Positions 29,432 through 38,627 of a stretch of DNA of 64,000 nt are shown in pieces. Source of the DNA: Planctomycetota bacterium (lineage in GTDB: Bacteria > Planctomycetota > UBA1135 > UBA2386). Within the stretch, counting starts at the first letter, position 1. The number at the start of each line of letters is the position of its first letter. The translations under genes and the position numbers were made by a program. Below the pieces are notes generated by a model. That model saw only the letters and a list, made by a program, of their open reading frames with translations. It did no database searches and had not been told where the DNA came from. The stretch covers positions 31,440-95,439 of the forward strand of contig JBKDXM010000136.1 of the NCBI GenBank assembly GCA_046306335.1. Reading direction: 5' to 3'.

Positions 29432-30328
29432 TCAAGCCCTGCCGTCGCCAGCGGCGCCGGCGAGCGCCATCGCCCACCACGACGCGATGTGATCCGGCGC
29501 CGCGGCCTCGGCCCGTCCGGCCAACAGCGCTTCGGCCCACGCCACCGGCCGGTGGCCCGCGGCCGCCACGGCCGCGGGCAACGTCGTGCGCAGCGCCTTG
29601 CGCCGCTGCTGGAACAGTTGCCGCACGAAGACGCCGAAGTTGCGCCGCTCGGCGCCGCTGCGACCGGCGAGCGGGCTGTCGGTGCGCCGTTCGAGTTCGA
29701 GCACGGCCGAGACGACCTTGGGCCGCGGCCGGAAGACCTGGGGCCCGACGTCGCGCACGAGGCGCGCCCGGTAGAGCGCCTGCACCTGCACGGCGAGGCC
29801 GCCGTACTCGGCGTCGCCGGACGGCGCGGCGATGCGCTGCGCCAGTTCCTTCTGCACCAGCAGCACGCAGCGCGCCGGCAGCTGCGGCAGCGCGCACAGC
29901 TCGGCGAGCAGCGGACCGGAGACCGAGTACGGCAGGTTGGCGACGACCAGCACGCGACCGTCGGCTGCCGCCGGAACGGCCGCCGCGATCGCCGGATGCA
30001 GCGATCGCTCGGGCCCGGACAGGGCGTCGCCGTGGACCCAAGTGACGTTCGCGGCGGCGGCGAGGTCCTCGCGGGCGAGCTGCAGGAGCCGGCCGTCGAT
30101 CTCGACGGCGAGCACCGCGCCGGCGCGGGCCGCCAACTCACGCGTCAGGAAGCCAAGGCCGACGCCGATCTCCACCACCGTGTCGCCCGGCGTGGGGCCG
30201 GCGCGATCGGCGAGGAACCGGTGCAGCGACGGATCGAGCAGGAAGTTCTGGCCCAGCACGCTGCTCGGCCGGAAGCCGAGCGCATCCATGCGGGCGCGGA
30301 ACGAGGCGAACGGATCGCGCTCGCTCAT
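29432..30328 (-). CDS. rsmA: 16S rRNA (adenine1518/1519-N6)-dimethyltransferase RsmA/KsgA.
   Basis: 298 aa with GQNFLLD, the SAM motif VVEIGVGLGFLTREL and the NLPYSVSGPLL block. ATGA overlap with the upstream gene. Confidence 0.92.
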   Translation of the reverse strand: MSERDPFASFRARMDALGFRPSSVLGQNFLLDPSLHRFLADRAGPTPGDTVVEIGVGLGFLTRELAARAGAVLAVEIDGRLLQLAREDLAAAANVTWVHGDALSGPERSLHPAIAAAVPAAADGRVLVVANLPYSVSGPLLAELCALPQLPARCVLLVQKELAQRIAAPSGDAEYGGLAVQVQALYRARLVRDVGPQVFRPRPKVVSAVLELERRTDSPLAGRSGAERRNFGVFVRQLFQQRRKALRTTLPAAVAAAGHRPVAWAEALLAGRAEAAAPDHIASWWAMALAGAAGDGRA

Positions 30329-31476
30329 CGCGGCCCCACGGCCGTGCCGGCGACGCCGAGCTCGCCGGCCAGCAACGCGGCGATCGGCGTGACCACTGCC
30401 GGGGCGACGCCGCGCGCCGCCAGTTCGCGCCAGGCCGCCGCCAGCACGGCCCGGTGCGCGTCGCGGGCGACGAAGCGCCGCAGTTGCAGTTCGTCGGGCG
30501 GCGCCAGCACCGCCGGCGTTGCCGCCAACGCAGCGAGCAGCTCGCCTGCCGTCGTGAACAGTCGCAGGCCGCGCCGGGCGCTGCGCTCGGTCGGCAGCGC
30601 GTCCGCGAAGCGGTCCTCCATCGACGAAGCGAAGTCGGCGCCGACGCATTCGCGCGGCACGTTGTCGCCGACCGCGGCAACCAGCCAGCCGACCGGCGAC
30701 AGGCCCCCTGGCCCGGTCCAGGCCGCCAAGGCCGGCGTCGCCGCGACGTCGGACTGGGCCCGGGCGATGCCAGCCACCGGATCGAGCGGCTGCCGGCCGT
30801 CGTATTGCCGCGGGTCGCACCACCACGACGCCGGCGACTCCGTCCACTCGCTGACGTTGCCGATCAGGTCGTAGGGATTGCCGCCGCCTGCCTGGCGGCC
30901 GGACTCGAACGTGCCAACCGGCGTCGGTTGCCAGAGGCCGAGTTCCGCGGTGTTGGCGCGGGTCGGGTCGACGCGATCCCCCCACGGAAAGCGGCTGCGG
31001 CCGCCGTCGAGCGCCACCTGCGCCCACTCGTCGCGGCGCGGCAAGCGCAGGAACCGCCAGCGCGCGAAGGCGCGCGCCTGGCGCAGGTCGACGAGGCCGA
31101 CGGCGACGGTCGGATCGCCGTCGGCGGGCACGCGGTCGGCGTCGCACGCCCGCCCCGCCGGCGTGGCCGCGAACTCCGCAAAGTCGCCGCGGGTGACCTC
31201 GAAGCGGTCGCAGAACAACGCGTCGGTGGCGCGCGCCCCAGCGCGCGTGAACAGCACGAGGTCGCGCAACGAACCGAACGGACCAGCGCGCGGCGGCGTC
31301 GGCGCGGACGCGAGCGGCGCCGGAACGCGGTCGCCGCAGGCGGCGGCAAGGGCCATGGCGAGCGCCGGCGCGAACCACGTCGCCGCACGCCGACGACTGG
31401 CGGTGCGAGCGGTGCGAGCGGTGCGAGCGCTGCGAGCGCTGCGAGCGGCCGACGGGGATCGCGGAGCCCGCACCAT
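30325..31476 (-). CDS. Formylglycine-generating-enzyme (FGE-sulfatase/SUMF1) domain protein, probably a Tat-exported lipoprotein.
   Basis: 383 aa. The Arg-rich N-region carries a 9-bp repeat, an SRRR twin-Arg motif and a LAAAC lipobox. The FGE-type core includes RLPRRDEWAQVALDG, FPWGD and NPYDLIGNVSEWT. Confidence 0.8.
   Translation of the reverse strand: MVRAPRSPSAARSARSARTARTARTASRRRAATWFAPALAMALAAACGDRVPAPLASAPTPPRAGPFGSLRDLVLFTRAGARATDALFCDRFEVTRGDFAEFAATPAGRACDADRVPADGDPTVAVGLVDLRQARAFARWRFLRLPRRDEWAQVALDGGRSRFPWGDRVDPTRANTAELGLWQPTPVGTFESGRQAGGGNPYDLIGNVSEWTESPASWWCDPRQYDGRQPLDPVAGIARAQSDVAATPALAAWTGPGGLSPVGWLVAAVGDNVPRECVGADFASSMEDRFADALPTERSARRGLRLFTTAGELLAALAATPAVLAPPDELQLRRFVARDAHRAVLAAAWRELAARGVAPAVVTPIAALLAGELGVAGTAVGPR
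31401..31445. repeat. In-frame 9-bp tandem repeat, 5 copies (3x cggtgcgag, 2x cgctgcgag).
   Basis: Read directly from the sequence. On the minus strand it encodes SARSARTARTARTAS in the N-region of the FGE-domain protein's signal peptide. Confidence 0.9.
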
Positions 31477-31493
31477 GGCTGCGGCGCCGGCCT

Positions 31494-32153
31494 TCAGTTC
31501 TCGAGCATCAGGATCTCGACGCGGCGATTCTTCGCCCGCGCCGCATCGTCGCGGCCGACCGCGGCAGGACGATACTCGCTGTAGCCCGCGACGCTGACGT
31601 TGGACTTCGGCAAGCCCGCCGCCGACATCAGGTAGTCGGCGACGACCATCGAGCGCTCGACCGACAGCCGCAGGTTGGTGCCCCACGTACTGCGCTCGAT
31701 CGGCTGGTCGTCGGTGTGGCCTTCGACGCGGATCCGGCGGCCGGAGAGCTGCGTGGCGATCTCGCTGAGCGTGCGCTTGCCCGCTTCGGTGAGCGTGTTC
31801 TGGCCCGGCGAGAACAGCACGCCGCCGGCGACGCGGAACGCGAAGCCCTCGGGCGTCGGCACCAGCTCGACGCCGTTCTGCGTGTTCGGCGCGGCCTGGC
31901 GGTAGCGCGCCAGCAGGTCGGCGAGCTTCTGCTTGTCCTCGGCGATCGACGCGGCGTCCATCGCGCGGCCCGTCAAATCGCGGTTTTGGTTGCGCAGGCG
32001 CTCGTTCTCGGCGCTCAGCGTCTTCTGCGCCTCGGCCATGCTGGCCAGCTGCGCCTGCAGCGCGTTGCGCTCGCCGACGACGCGGCGGTGCTCATCGGAA
32101 CTCACGCAGGAAGCCGCGAACAACGCGACGGCCAACGTCCAGGTGTGCTTCAT
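31494..32153 (-). CDS. OmpA-family peptidoglycan-binding lipoprotein with a coiled-coil N-domain.
   Basis: 219 aa with a signal peptide and lipobox (VALFAASC). The OmpA_C motifs are RIRVEGHTDDQPI, NLRLSVERSMVVADYL and NRRVEILML. Confidence 0.88.
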   Translation of the reverse strand: MKHTWTLAVALFAASCVSSDEHRRVVGERNALQAQLASMAEAQKTLSAENERLRNQNRDLTGRAMDAASIAEDKQKLADLLARYRQAAPNTQNGVELVPTPEGFAFRVAGGVLFSPGQNTLTEAGKRTLSEIATQLSGRRIRVEGHTDDQPIERSTWGTNLRLSVERSMVVADYLMSAAGLPKSNVSVAGYSEYRPAAVGRDDAARAKNRRVEILMLEN

Positions 32154-32382
32154 GGGTGCCCCCTCGTGTGCAATCAGGATTCGACGCGGCGTGGCACCGA
32201 CCGGTGGTGCCCCATCGCAGGGCGGCACGCTAGCGCGCGCTCGGCGCGAATGCCACAACCGGTAGCGGCGCAAACGGCGGCAACGACGCGCAAACCCGGA
32301 AATGCAGCGAGCCGCGCAGCCCGGGAGCGGGCGCCGCGGCTCGTGGGGCGCGCACCGGAGCGCGCGCTGCAGTCGGGCGGGA

Positions 32383-32883
32383 TCAGCCCGACCAGGCCGA
32401 CGTGAACATGCTGTCCTTGGGGTTCTGCTCCTGGCTGATGGCGTAGTGGACCATCGTCGCCCAGAGGAACACCAGGAAGCCGATGATCGCCATGGCCGTG
32501 ACCCAGCCCGGCTCCTTCGCCGCCGGACCCGCCGCCGCCGCGACGGCCACCGGCCGCGCCACGCGCTGCGCCGCCGGCCGCGTCGCCTTCGCCGGCGCCG
32601 GCGCGTCCTCGGCGAGCAGCGTGTCTTCGTCGGAGATCTGCTCGGTCACCATGCCGGTGTCGTCCTCGAGCGCGTCGCCGATCGGCTTGGTCGCGCCGCC
32701 CTTGTCGGCCGTGATGCGCTCGGCCAGCGCGTCGACGTCCTGGCGCTTGAACTTCATCGAAGCGCCTTCCTTCTTGGCGCGGATGTCGCCCTGTGAGACC
32801 AGCTTGCGCAGCTCTTCGCTGCGCAGCTTCAGATCGCGCATGGCGTTCTCGAAGGAGACGAAATCGTCGTTCTTGTCGGACAC
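32383..32883 (-). CDS. Small protein with an N-terminal excisionase/MerR-like HTH and a C-terminal TM anchor. Function unknown.
   Basis: 166 aa from GTG 32883, with GAGG 8-11 nt upstream. The N-terminus is LRSEELRKLVSQGDIRAKKEGASMKFKRQDVDAL. An acidic linker and an Ala/Pro-rich segment follow, then a TM helix (WVTAMAIIGFLVFLWATMV). Confidence 0.6.
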   Translation of the reverse strand: MSDKNDDFVSFENAMRDLKLRSEELRKLVSQGDIRAKKEGASMKFKRQDVDALAERITADKGGATKPIGDALEDDTGMVTEQISDEDTLLAEDAPAPAKATRPAAQRVARPVAVAAAAGPAAKEPGWVTAMAIIGFLVFLWATMVHYAISQEQNPKDSMFTSAWSG

Positions 32884-33009
32884 GGACCTACCTCGATGCG
32901 TCTTGGACGAGCCTGGGGAGAGGAAACGGAGGGCGATGCTTGCACGGCGCGCCAGCGAGCAGCGCCGCAGCGGGCCGGATCCTAGCCAGCCGGCCGCTGG
33001 AGGAAAGGG

Positions 33010-33519
33010 CTACTTGCGACCGTTCGACGGCTCGAGCCCGGTCTTGACGTCCGGGTCCGCCGCCTTGCCGCCGCGCTGGAACAGGCGCTCCAGGCGGTCG
33101 TACTCGTACTCGCTGCGGTCGTTGTAGCTCCGCAACTGCAGGTCGAGGTCGATGCGGCGAGCGCCGACCAGCACGATGCGGCGCTGCTCCATGCCGCCGC
33201 CGCGCGCCTCGTAGACCGCCAACTGCCGGTTGACGGTGTCGACGAGGTAGAGCACCGAGGTGCCGACGCCGTAGCTGCCGGTCACCGCGAGGAAGCCGTT
33301 GCTGCTGGTGGCGGCCGAACCGTTGTCCTCGTTGTAGACCACGGGCGGCGCTGCGGTTTCGGGTGTGGCCGGCAGCGGCACGGGTGCTGGCGCCGGGTTG
33401 ACCGGGCCACGGCCGTCTTGGGCCGCGACGGTCGCCGGCCCGTCAGCGAACGCGCGACCGAGCAGGAAGGCAGCGCCGAAGCCGGCGCCGAGCAGCAGGG
33501 GTTGGAGCCAGGAATTCAT
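33010..33519 (-). CDS. Secreted hypothetical protein.
   Basis: 169 aa from ATG 33519. A signal peptide (WLQPLLLGAGFGAAFLLGRAFA) and a Pro-rich linker precede a compact domain (FLAVTGSYGVGTSVLYLVDTVNRQLAVYEARGG). The composition is normal, not shadow-frame-like. Confidence 0.6.
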   Translation of the reverse strand: MNSWLQPLLLGAGFGAAFLLGRAFADGPATVAAQDGRGPVNPAPAPVPLPATPETAAPPVVYNEDNGSAATSSNGFLAVTGSYGVGTSVLYLVDTVNRQLAVYEARGGGMEQRRIVLVGARRIDLDLQLRSYNDRSEYEYDRLERLFQRGGKAADPDVKTGLEPSNGRK

Positions 33520-33556
33520 CGGGAGCGACGCTGCGGACGGCAGCGCCGCGCGCACT

Positions 33557-34369
33557 CTACCGTCCGGTCGGCGCCGGCGGGAAGTTCCCCCTGGCGAGGA
33601 AGTGCAGCACTGCGCGGATCACCTGCTGGTCCGCTGGCAGCCACGTGTGCCCGACCGGCGCCACGAACGTCGCCGCGGCGGCAGCAGGCAGGGCCTCGGC
33701 CACGCCCACGGTGCCGTCGTCGGGACCCGGGATCGCCGCATGGCCGTCGCCGGCGATCTGCCCGGCGATGGCCCCGAACACCTCGCCGCACGGCAGCGGC
33801 AGTTGGCGCCGCGGATCGCCGGGCGACAGTTCGAAGGCGGCGTCGGTCCCCATCGCCCAGCGGAACACGAACCAGTGCTTGCGCAGGTCGGCGAGCACCG
33901 CGCCCGCGTGCGGCGTGCCCAGCGTCACCACCGCGCGCGGCCGCACCGCGTCCGGCCGCCGCAGGTACTCGACGACGACGAGGCCGCCGAGCGAATGGCC
34001 GACGACCGTCCACTCCACCACCGGCCCGCGCCGCGCGCGCGCGGCGACGGCCGCGGCCAGGGCCTCGGCGTGCGCCGCCACCGATCCGCGCGTGCTGGCG
34101 TACCCCGGGTTGAGCACTTCGTACCCGTGCGCGGCCAGGGCGCGCTCGAGCCGGCCGAGCGACGCCGCGGTGCGGAACAGACCGTGCTGCAGCACGGCGA
34201 CGCGCGCCGCCCCGTCGGCGGGCGCGGCCAGTTCCGGCGCGAGCGGGGCAGGTGCGAGGTTGACGACCACGTCGAAGGGCCACGCCACCGGCGCGCCCGC
34301 AAGCACGCCGGCGACCGCCGCGCCGGCAAGGCATGCAGCGATGGCGCGGCGGACCCGCCGCTCAGCCAT
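33557..34369 (-). CDS. Secreted alpha/beta hydrolase (lipase/esterase-like).
   Basis: 270 aa with a signal peptide and the nucleophile elbow GHSLGG in VVGHSLGGLVV. An upstream HG (VLQHGLF) fits an oxyanion motif. Confidence 0.8.
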   Translation of the reverse strand: MAERRVRRAIAACLAGAAVAGVLAGAPVAWPFDVVVNLAPAPLAPELAAPADGAARVAVLQHGLFRTAASLGRLERALAAHGYEVLNPGYASTRGSVAAHAEALAAAVAARARRGPVVEWTVVGHSLGGLVVVEYLRRPDAVRPRAVVTLGTPHAGAVLADLRKHWFVFRWAMGTDAAFELSPGDPRRQLPLPCGEVFGAIAGQIAGDGHAAIPGPDDGTVGVAEALPAAAAATFVAPVGHTWLPADQQVIRAVLHFLARGNFPPAPTGR

Positions 34370-34982
34370 GGTCCGCCGGCCAGCCGCTGTGCAGCCGCGG
34401 CGCGAAGGGCAGTTGCCGCAGCACCGCCGCTTCGTGCACGGCCAGCGCCGCGCGCCGCGCGGCCGCGACGTCCGGCCCGACCACCGCCACCGCCAGTTCG
34501 ACGTACAGCGGCGCGTGCCGGGCTTCGGCGTCGACGAGGTCGTCGTAGAAGCGGGCGAGCTCCGCGTCGTCGCGCCGACACGCCGCCGCCAGCAGCGCCA
34601 TGCGCTCGTGCGAGCGCGCTTCGATGACGGCGGCGACGAGCAGTTCGTCGACCAGCCGCTCGGGCATCGTGCGGGCGCAGCCGCGCTTGAGTTGCTCGGC
34701 GTACGGCGACGGCGCTTGCGGCCCGAAGGCGATGCGGCGGCGTTCGAGCAGCTTCAGCGTGCGCTCGAAGTGCGCGAGTTCCTCGCGCGCCAGCGCCGAC
34801 AGCCCGCGCAGCGCGTCGGCCGGCGCCGGTACGCGGAACAGGAACTGCATCGCCGCCGCGGCGGCCTTCTTCTCCAGGTGCGCCTGCTCGACGAGCAGTT
34901 CGGCGCGGTGCGGCAGTTGGGCGACGGCCCAGGCCGCCGGCGTCGCATAGGCCGCCGCAGCGGCAGGGACTGTGCCGTCCAT
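34362..34982 (-). CDS. miaE: tRNA-(ms2io6A37)-hydroxylase MiaE (ferritin-like di-iron).
   Basis: 206 aa. It has paired ExxH di-iron motifs (LAREELAHFE and VIEARSHER) and the LLVEQAHLEKKAA block typical of MiaE. Confidence 0.85.
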   Translation of the reverse strand: MDGTVPAAAAAYATPAAWAVAQLPHRAELLVEQAHLEKKAAAAAMQFLFRVPAPADALRGLSALAREELAHFERTLKLLERRRIAFGPQAPSPYAEQLKRGCARTMPERLVDELLVAAVIEARSHERMALLAAACRRDDAELARFYDDLVDAEARHAPLYVELAVAVVGPDVAAARRAALAVHEAAVLRQLPFAPRLHSGWPADHG

Positions 34983-34992
34983 GAGAGTGACG

Positions 34993-34998
34993 ATGCTA
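34993..34998 (-). promoter_or_regulatory. Candidate -10 box TAGCAT, 10 nt upstream of the miaE ATG.
   Basis: The minus strand reads ttttCTAGCATCgtcactctcATG. Confidence 0.35.
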
Positions 34999-35040
34999 GA
35001 AAACCGCGCCGCGGAAGGCCACGCCGGCCGCGTGCCGCCC

Positions 35041-38000
35041 TCACTCGGCGTAGCGGATGCGGCAGACGCCGCTGCCGAAGCGCACGAGCGTGCCGCCGCG
35101 GGCCGCCGCCGCGGCCGCCTCGGCGTCGCGGAAGCGCAGGGTGGCGTCGTCCACGATCTCGCCGTTGTCGATCGCGACGGGACGCGGACCGCCGAGGACC
35201 GCCGTCCACGGCAGCTCGGCGGGGCGCGCCGCCCCGCCTTCGGTCGCCAGCAGCAGCGTGCGCTCGGCCGGCAGGTAGCGGCACGCGACCAGCGGCGCCT
35301 GCGTCGCGCGCACGTGCGGCCCGGGGCCGCCGGCGTGATCCCGCGTGGCGATGGCGTAGCGGCCGACGCGATTGGGCAGGAACACGGTGCGGCCGTCGTG
35401 CCACGCCCAGGGTTCGCCGTCGACCGCGACCTCGGCGAAGTCGCGCCCCATCACGACCGACGGCTGGCACAGCGCGCTGCGCTGCAGCACGGCGACCGTC
35501 GCCGTCCCCGGCTCGGGGTCGCGCAGCGCCACCAGCCGCAGCGCGCCGGCACCGGGCCGCGTACGCGCGAGCACCGACGGCCCGCCGACCACCTCGACGA
35601 CGTCGCCCGGCGCCTGGTGCACGCGCAGCCAGCGGCGGCCGTCGCCGGCGTCCTGCGTGCCGCGCAGCGTCCACCAACCGCCTTCGCGCACGAAGAACGG
35701 CGTCGGCGGCGCGTGATCGAGGCGCAGCAGCCGCGGCCACGCGAACGGCAGATCGCTCGTCAGCGTCACCGATGCGCGCTTGCCGCCGAGGTCGAAGGCC
35801 AGCGGTTCGGCGAGGCCGCCGAGCAGCGCGACCGCTTCCTCGCAACGGCGACGCCCTTCGCCCTGCGGACAGAGCATGACGCCCAACCGCAGCGGCGCGC
35901 CACCGTCGGCGGAACCGCGCCAGATCACCTCCCCTGGCTGCCAGCGCAGCGAGTCGGTGCGACCGCGCTGCATCGGCACCAAGACGAGATCGGGCGCGCC
36001 CGCGGCGGCCGCCGTCAGGACGAACGCGCCGCGCAGGTCCTTGGCGCCGTCGCCGGTGGCCGACTCGAACGCGTCGTAGCCGGGGAAGGACAGCGTGCGT
36101 TCGATCTGCAACGCGCGGGCGCTGCGGTCGCAGCGCGTGCGCAGCACGAAACCCGGCGCATCGGCCATCGTCTCCAGCGACAACTGCTCGCTGTGGTAGG
36201 TCGACTGCGACACCTCGCGCAAGCTGGCATGGCTGCCGGCGCGGACGCCGACGGCCGACTCGACGCCGACGTCGCCGGCGCGGCGCCGCGCCAGGCGTTC
36301 GCACGCCACCGCGCCACCGACCAGCACGCGCAGCGACAGCACGCGTTCGCCGGTCCCGGCGACGTGCACCGGCACCGTCGCCACCACCGACTCGACGCCG
36401 CGGAACGGCAGCGCGCGCAGCAGCACGCCGTCGAGCGCCACGGCGACGACGCCTTCGCCGCGCACGGGGCGCAAGGCGAGTTCGAGTTCGTGGTAGCCCG
36501 ACGACGGCTTGCACTGCAGCCGCAACTCCGCCGGCCACTGCGGCTCGGCGTTCCAGGCGATCGTCGCCGGCGGCAAGGCCCCGCCGCGCACGCCGACGTC
36601 GACGCGCCACGGCCCGCGGTACCCGCCTTCCGCCCGCGTGCCGTCGGCGAGGAAGTCGACGCGCTCCGCCCGCAGCGAAGCTGCGTCGGGTGCGGCGCCG
36701 AACAAGCGCGTGCGCAGGAAGGCCGGCGTCACCGTTCGCGCCGCGGCGCCAAAACGCGCTTGCCCGCGCGGGTCGTAGAGCAGCGCCCCGCCGCTGCCGG
36801 CGAGCTGGAACCAGTTGTTCTGCAGCACGTGCGCGGCCGCCGGCGCCGCGGCGCGGCCGGCGAAGGACTCGGGCAGGTCGCGCACCAGCGTCGCGGCCGC
36901 CGCCCGCAAGCCATCGGCGCCGGTCGCCGCCAGCGGCATCGCGACTGCGGCGCGCAGCGGTTCGAGCGACAACCCGGCGACGTAGTCGACCGTGTCCGGC
37001 GCCAGCGCCGACGGATCGTGGCAGCGCCACCACATCGCCGCCCCCTGGCCCGCGCGCGCGCGCACGAAGTCGTTGGCCTGGGCCACGAGCCAGTCGGCGG
37101 CCGATTCGCGCGCGGCGCGGGCGTCGAGCACGCCGCACGGGAAGGACGCCGCCGGGAAGCCGTCGCGCCATTGCGTCGTGACCCCGGCGAACGGCAGGCC
37201 GCGCACGGCGCCGTCGTCGGCGTCGAGTGCGCGCAGCGCGCCGCCGACCTCGGGCGCCACCTCGCCCGTCTGCACCAGCGTCGCCGCCGGCTGGAAGTCC
37301 TGCACCATCGCCAGCGACCGGCCCGCAGGATCGCGCGACCACGTCGGCACGACGAAGCCGTCGAGCGCGCCGGTGCCGAGGCCGCGCGCACACGCCAGTT
37401 CGCGCGCCAGGAACCGCAGCGCCACCAGCCGTTCGACGGCGCGATCGCCGATCGGCAGCGGCGCGAGCCCGCCGAACGCCAGCATGCCGCGGGCGTGCGC
37501 TTCGCGAGCGAGCGCCTGCAACGCCGCCGCCGACCACGGCTGCCCGTCGCTGCGGCTGCGGTAACTCGGCGCGGGCTGCAGCGGGTCGCCGGCCGGCCAG
37601 GCGATCGGCGCCGTGCCGTCCTCGCCGACGAGCCCGATCAGCGCGGTGTCGGCGCCGGCTAGCCAGCTCGGCAGCAGCACCTCCACCAACGTCTCGTCGG
37701 CGTTGCGCTCGCCGCGCGAACCGGCCCGCACCGCCTCCCAGCCCCAGTGCGGCAGCAGCGGCGCCGCCGGCGGCGGCGACGTGGCCGTACGGCTCGGCGG
37801 CGCGCCGACGAATGCGTCGTCGCCGTGATCGACGAAGACCGCCAAGGCGTCGCCGCGGCTCGCCCATTCGGCGCAGCGCTGCACGAAGCCGCGCGCGCTC
37901 GCCGCGACGCCGGCGTCCGGGTGGTCGATGCGCGGCAGCACGCCGCAGGCGAGCACTTCGCCGGCGGCTGCCCGCCAGTGCACGACGACCGGCGCGCCGA

Positions 38001-38625
38001 GCGGTTCGACGACGCCGTCGCGCGCCACCGCCAGACGGCCGAGCACGGTGCCCGCCTGCGGCGCGCCGACGGTCCATGCGCACAGCGGCGCCGTGCACGG
38101 CGCCGCGCCGGCGAGCCACTGCGGCCCGGCTGCCGCCGCGGTCGCCCCCGTCAGCACGTCGGCGAGCGCGCCGGCGACGGCTTCGAAGCCGATCTCGGCG
38201 CGGCCGGCGATGGCGCGCGCGTCGTAGCCCCAGCGGAACGTCGTCGCTTCCGGCGCCTCGGGCTCGACGCCGAGCTCCCCGACGAGGCGCGCCGCATGGC
38301 CGAACAGCACCAGCCTGCCGCCGCCCGCGAGGAACGCGCGCAGCGCGGCGACCGCCGGCGGCGGCAGCGGCGCGGACGCAGGCTGGCTCCGGCCATCGAC
38401 CACCAGCGCGCCGCCGCGCGGCGGCAGCGGCAGTTCGCCGGCGCGCAGCCATTCGACCGCGACCGGCGCGGGGCCCGCCACCGCCTCGGCGTAGCCGGCG
38501 GGCAGACCACCTAGCGCCCGGCGCGACACGCCGACGCACGCCGCCGCCAGCGCCAGCGCGCCGGCTGCCGCGACCGCCGCCCGTCCGTATCCGCCTCGCC
38601 GTCGTTGTCCTAGCATCCAGCCCAT
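35041..38625 (-). CDS. Very large (1194 aa) secreted or lipoprotein-like protein of unknown function.
   Basis: 3.6-kb ORF with an N-terminal signal sequence (AAVAAAGALALAAAC) and ordinary Asp/Glu/Trp/Phe content. The overlapping ORFs in other frames are Arg/Gln-rich junk. I recognised no family motif. The N-terminal LRAFLAGGGRLVLFGHAA segment only weakly suggests a GATase1/ThuA-like fold. Confidence 0.7.
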   Translation of the reverse strand: MGWMLGQRRRGGYGRAAVAAAGALALAAACVGVSRRALGGLPAGYAEAVAGPAPVAVEWLRAGELPLPPRGGALVVDGRSQPASAPLPPPAVAALRAFLAGGGRLVLFGHAARLVGELGVEPEAPEATTFRWGYDARAIAGRAEIGFEAVAGALADVLTGATAAAAGPQWLAGAAPCTAPLCAWTVGAPQAGTVLGRLAVARDGVVEPLGAPVVVHWRAAAGEVLACGVLPRIDHPDAGVAASARGFVQRCAEWASRGDALAVFVDHGDDAFVGAPPSRTATSPPPAAPLLPHWGWEAVRAGSRGERNADETLVEVLLPSWLAGADTALIGLVGEDGTAPIAWPAGDPLQPAPSYRSRSDGQPWSAAALQALAREAHARGMLAFGGLAPLPIGDRAVERLVALRFLARELACARGLGTGALDGFVVPTWSRDPAGRSLAMVQDFQPAATLVQTGEVAPEVGGALRALDADDGAVRGLPFAGVTTQWRDGFPAASFPCGVLDARAARESAADWLVAQANDFVRARAGQGAAMWWRCHDPSALAPDTVDYVAGLSLEPLRAAVAMPLAATGADGLRAAAATLVRDLPESFAGRAAAPAAAHVLQNNWFQLAGSGGALLYDPRGQARFGAAARTVTPAFLRTRLFGAAPDAASLRAERVDFLADGTRAEGGYRGPWRVDVGVRGGALPPATIAWNAEPQWPAELRLQCKPSSGYHELELALRPVRGEGVVAVALDGVLLRALPFRGVESVVATVPVHVAGTGERVLSLRVLVGGAVACERLARRRAGDVGVESAVGVRAGSHASLREVSQSTYHSEQLSLETMADAPGFVLRTRCDRSARALQIERTLSFPGYDAFESATGDGAKDLRGAFVLTAAAAGAPDLVLVPMQRGRTDSLRWQPGEVIWRGSADGGAPLRLGVMLCPQGEGRRRCEEAVALLGGLAEPLAFDLGGKRASVTLTSDLPFAWPRLLRLDHAPPTPFFVREGGWWTLRGTQDAGDGRRWLRVHQAPGDVVEVVGGPSVLARTRPGAGALRLVALRDPEPGTATVAVLQRSALCQPSVVMGRDFAEVAVDGEPWAWHDGRTVFLPNRVGRYAIATRDHAGGPGPHVRATQAPLVACRYLPAERTLLLATEGGAARPAELPWTAVLGGPRPVAIDNGEIVDDATLRFRDAEAAAAAARGGTLVRFGSGVCRIRYAE
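38611..38616 (+). promoter_or_regulatory. Candidate -10 box TAGCAT, 11 nt upstream of the MBL-hydrolase ATG.
   Basis: The context CCTAGCATCCAGCCCATCGatg is nearly identical to the box upstream of wza. It lies inside the 5' coding end of the divergent 1194-aa gene. Confidence 0.35.
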
Positions 38626-38627
38626 CG

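Noticed and set aside
32195-32215. Imperfect palindrome GGCACCGACCGGTGGTGCC upstream of the OmpA-family gene.
   Set aside because: It is not a perfect dyad, no second copy occurs elsewhere in the window, and no regulator can be tied to it. An operator or terminator role would be pure speculation.
32995-33012. GGAGGAAAGGGC, which resembles the RNase P RNA GAGGAAAGTCC box.
   Set aside because: It sits in a 126-bp gap that abuts a coding stop. That is far too short for RNase P RNA, and no P4 partner sequence is present.
34754-38539. 1261-aa minus-strand ORF and 896-aa plus-strand ORF (34972-37662) overlapping the 1194-aa gene.
   Set aside because: Extreme Arg/Ala/Gly content (for example RRRRARRR runs). 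Only the 35041-38625 frame has protein-like composition and a signal peptide.
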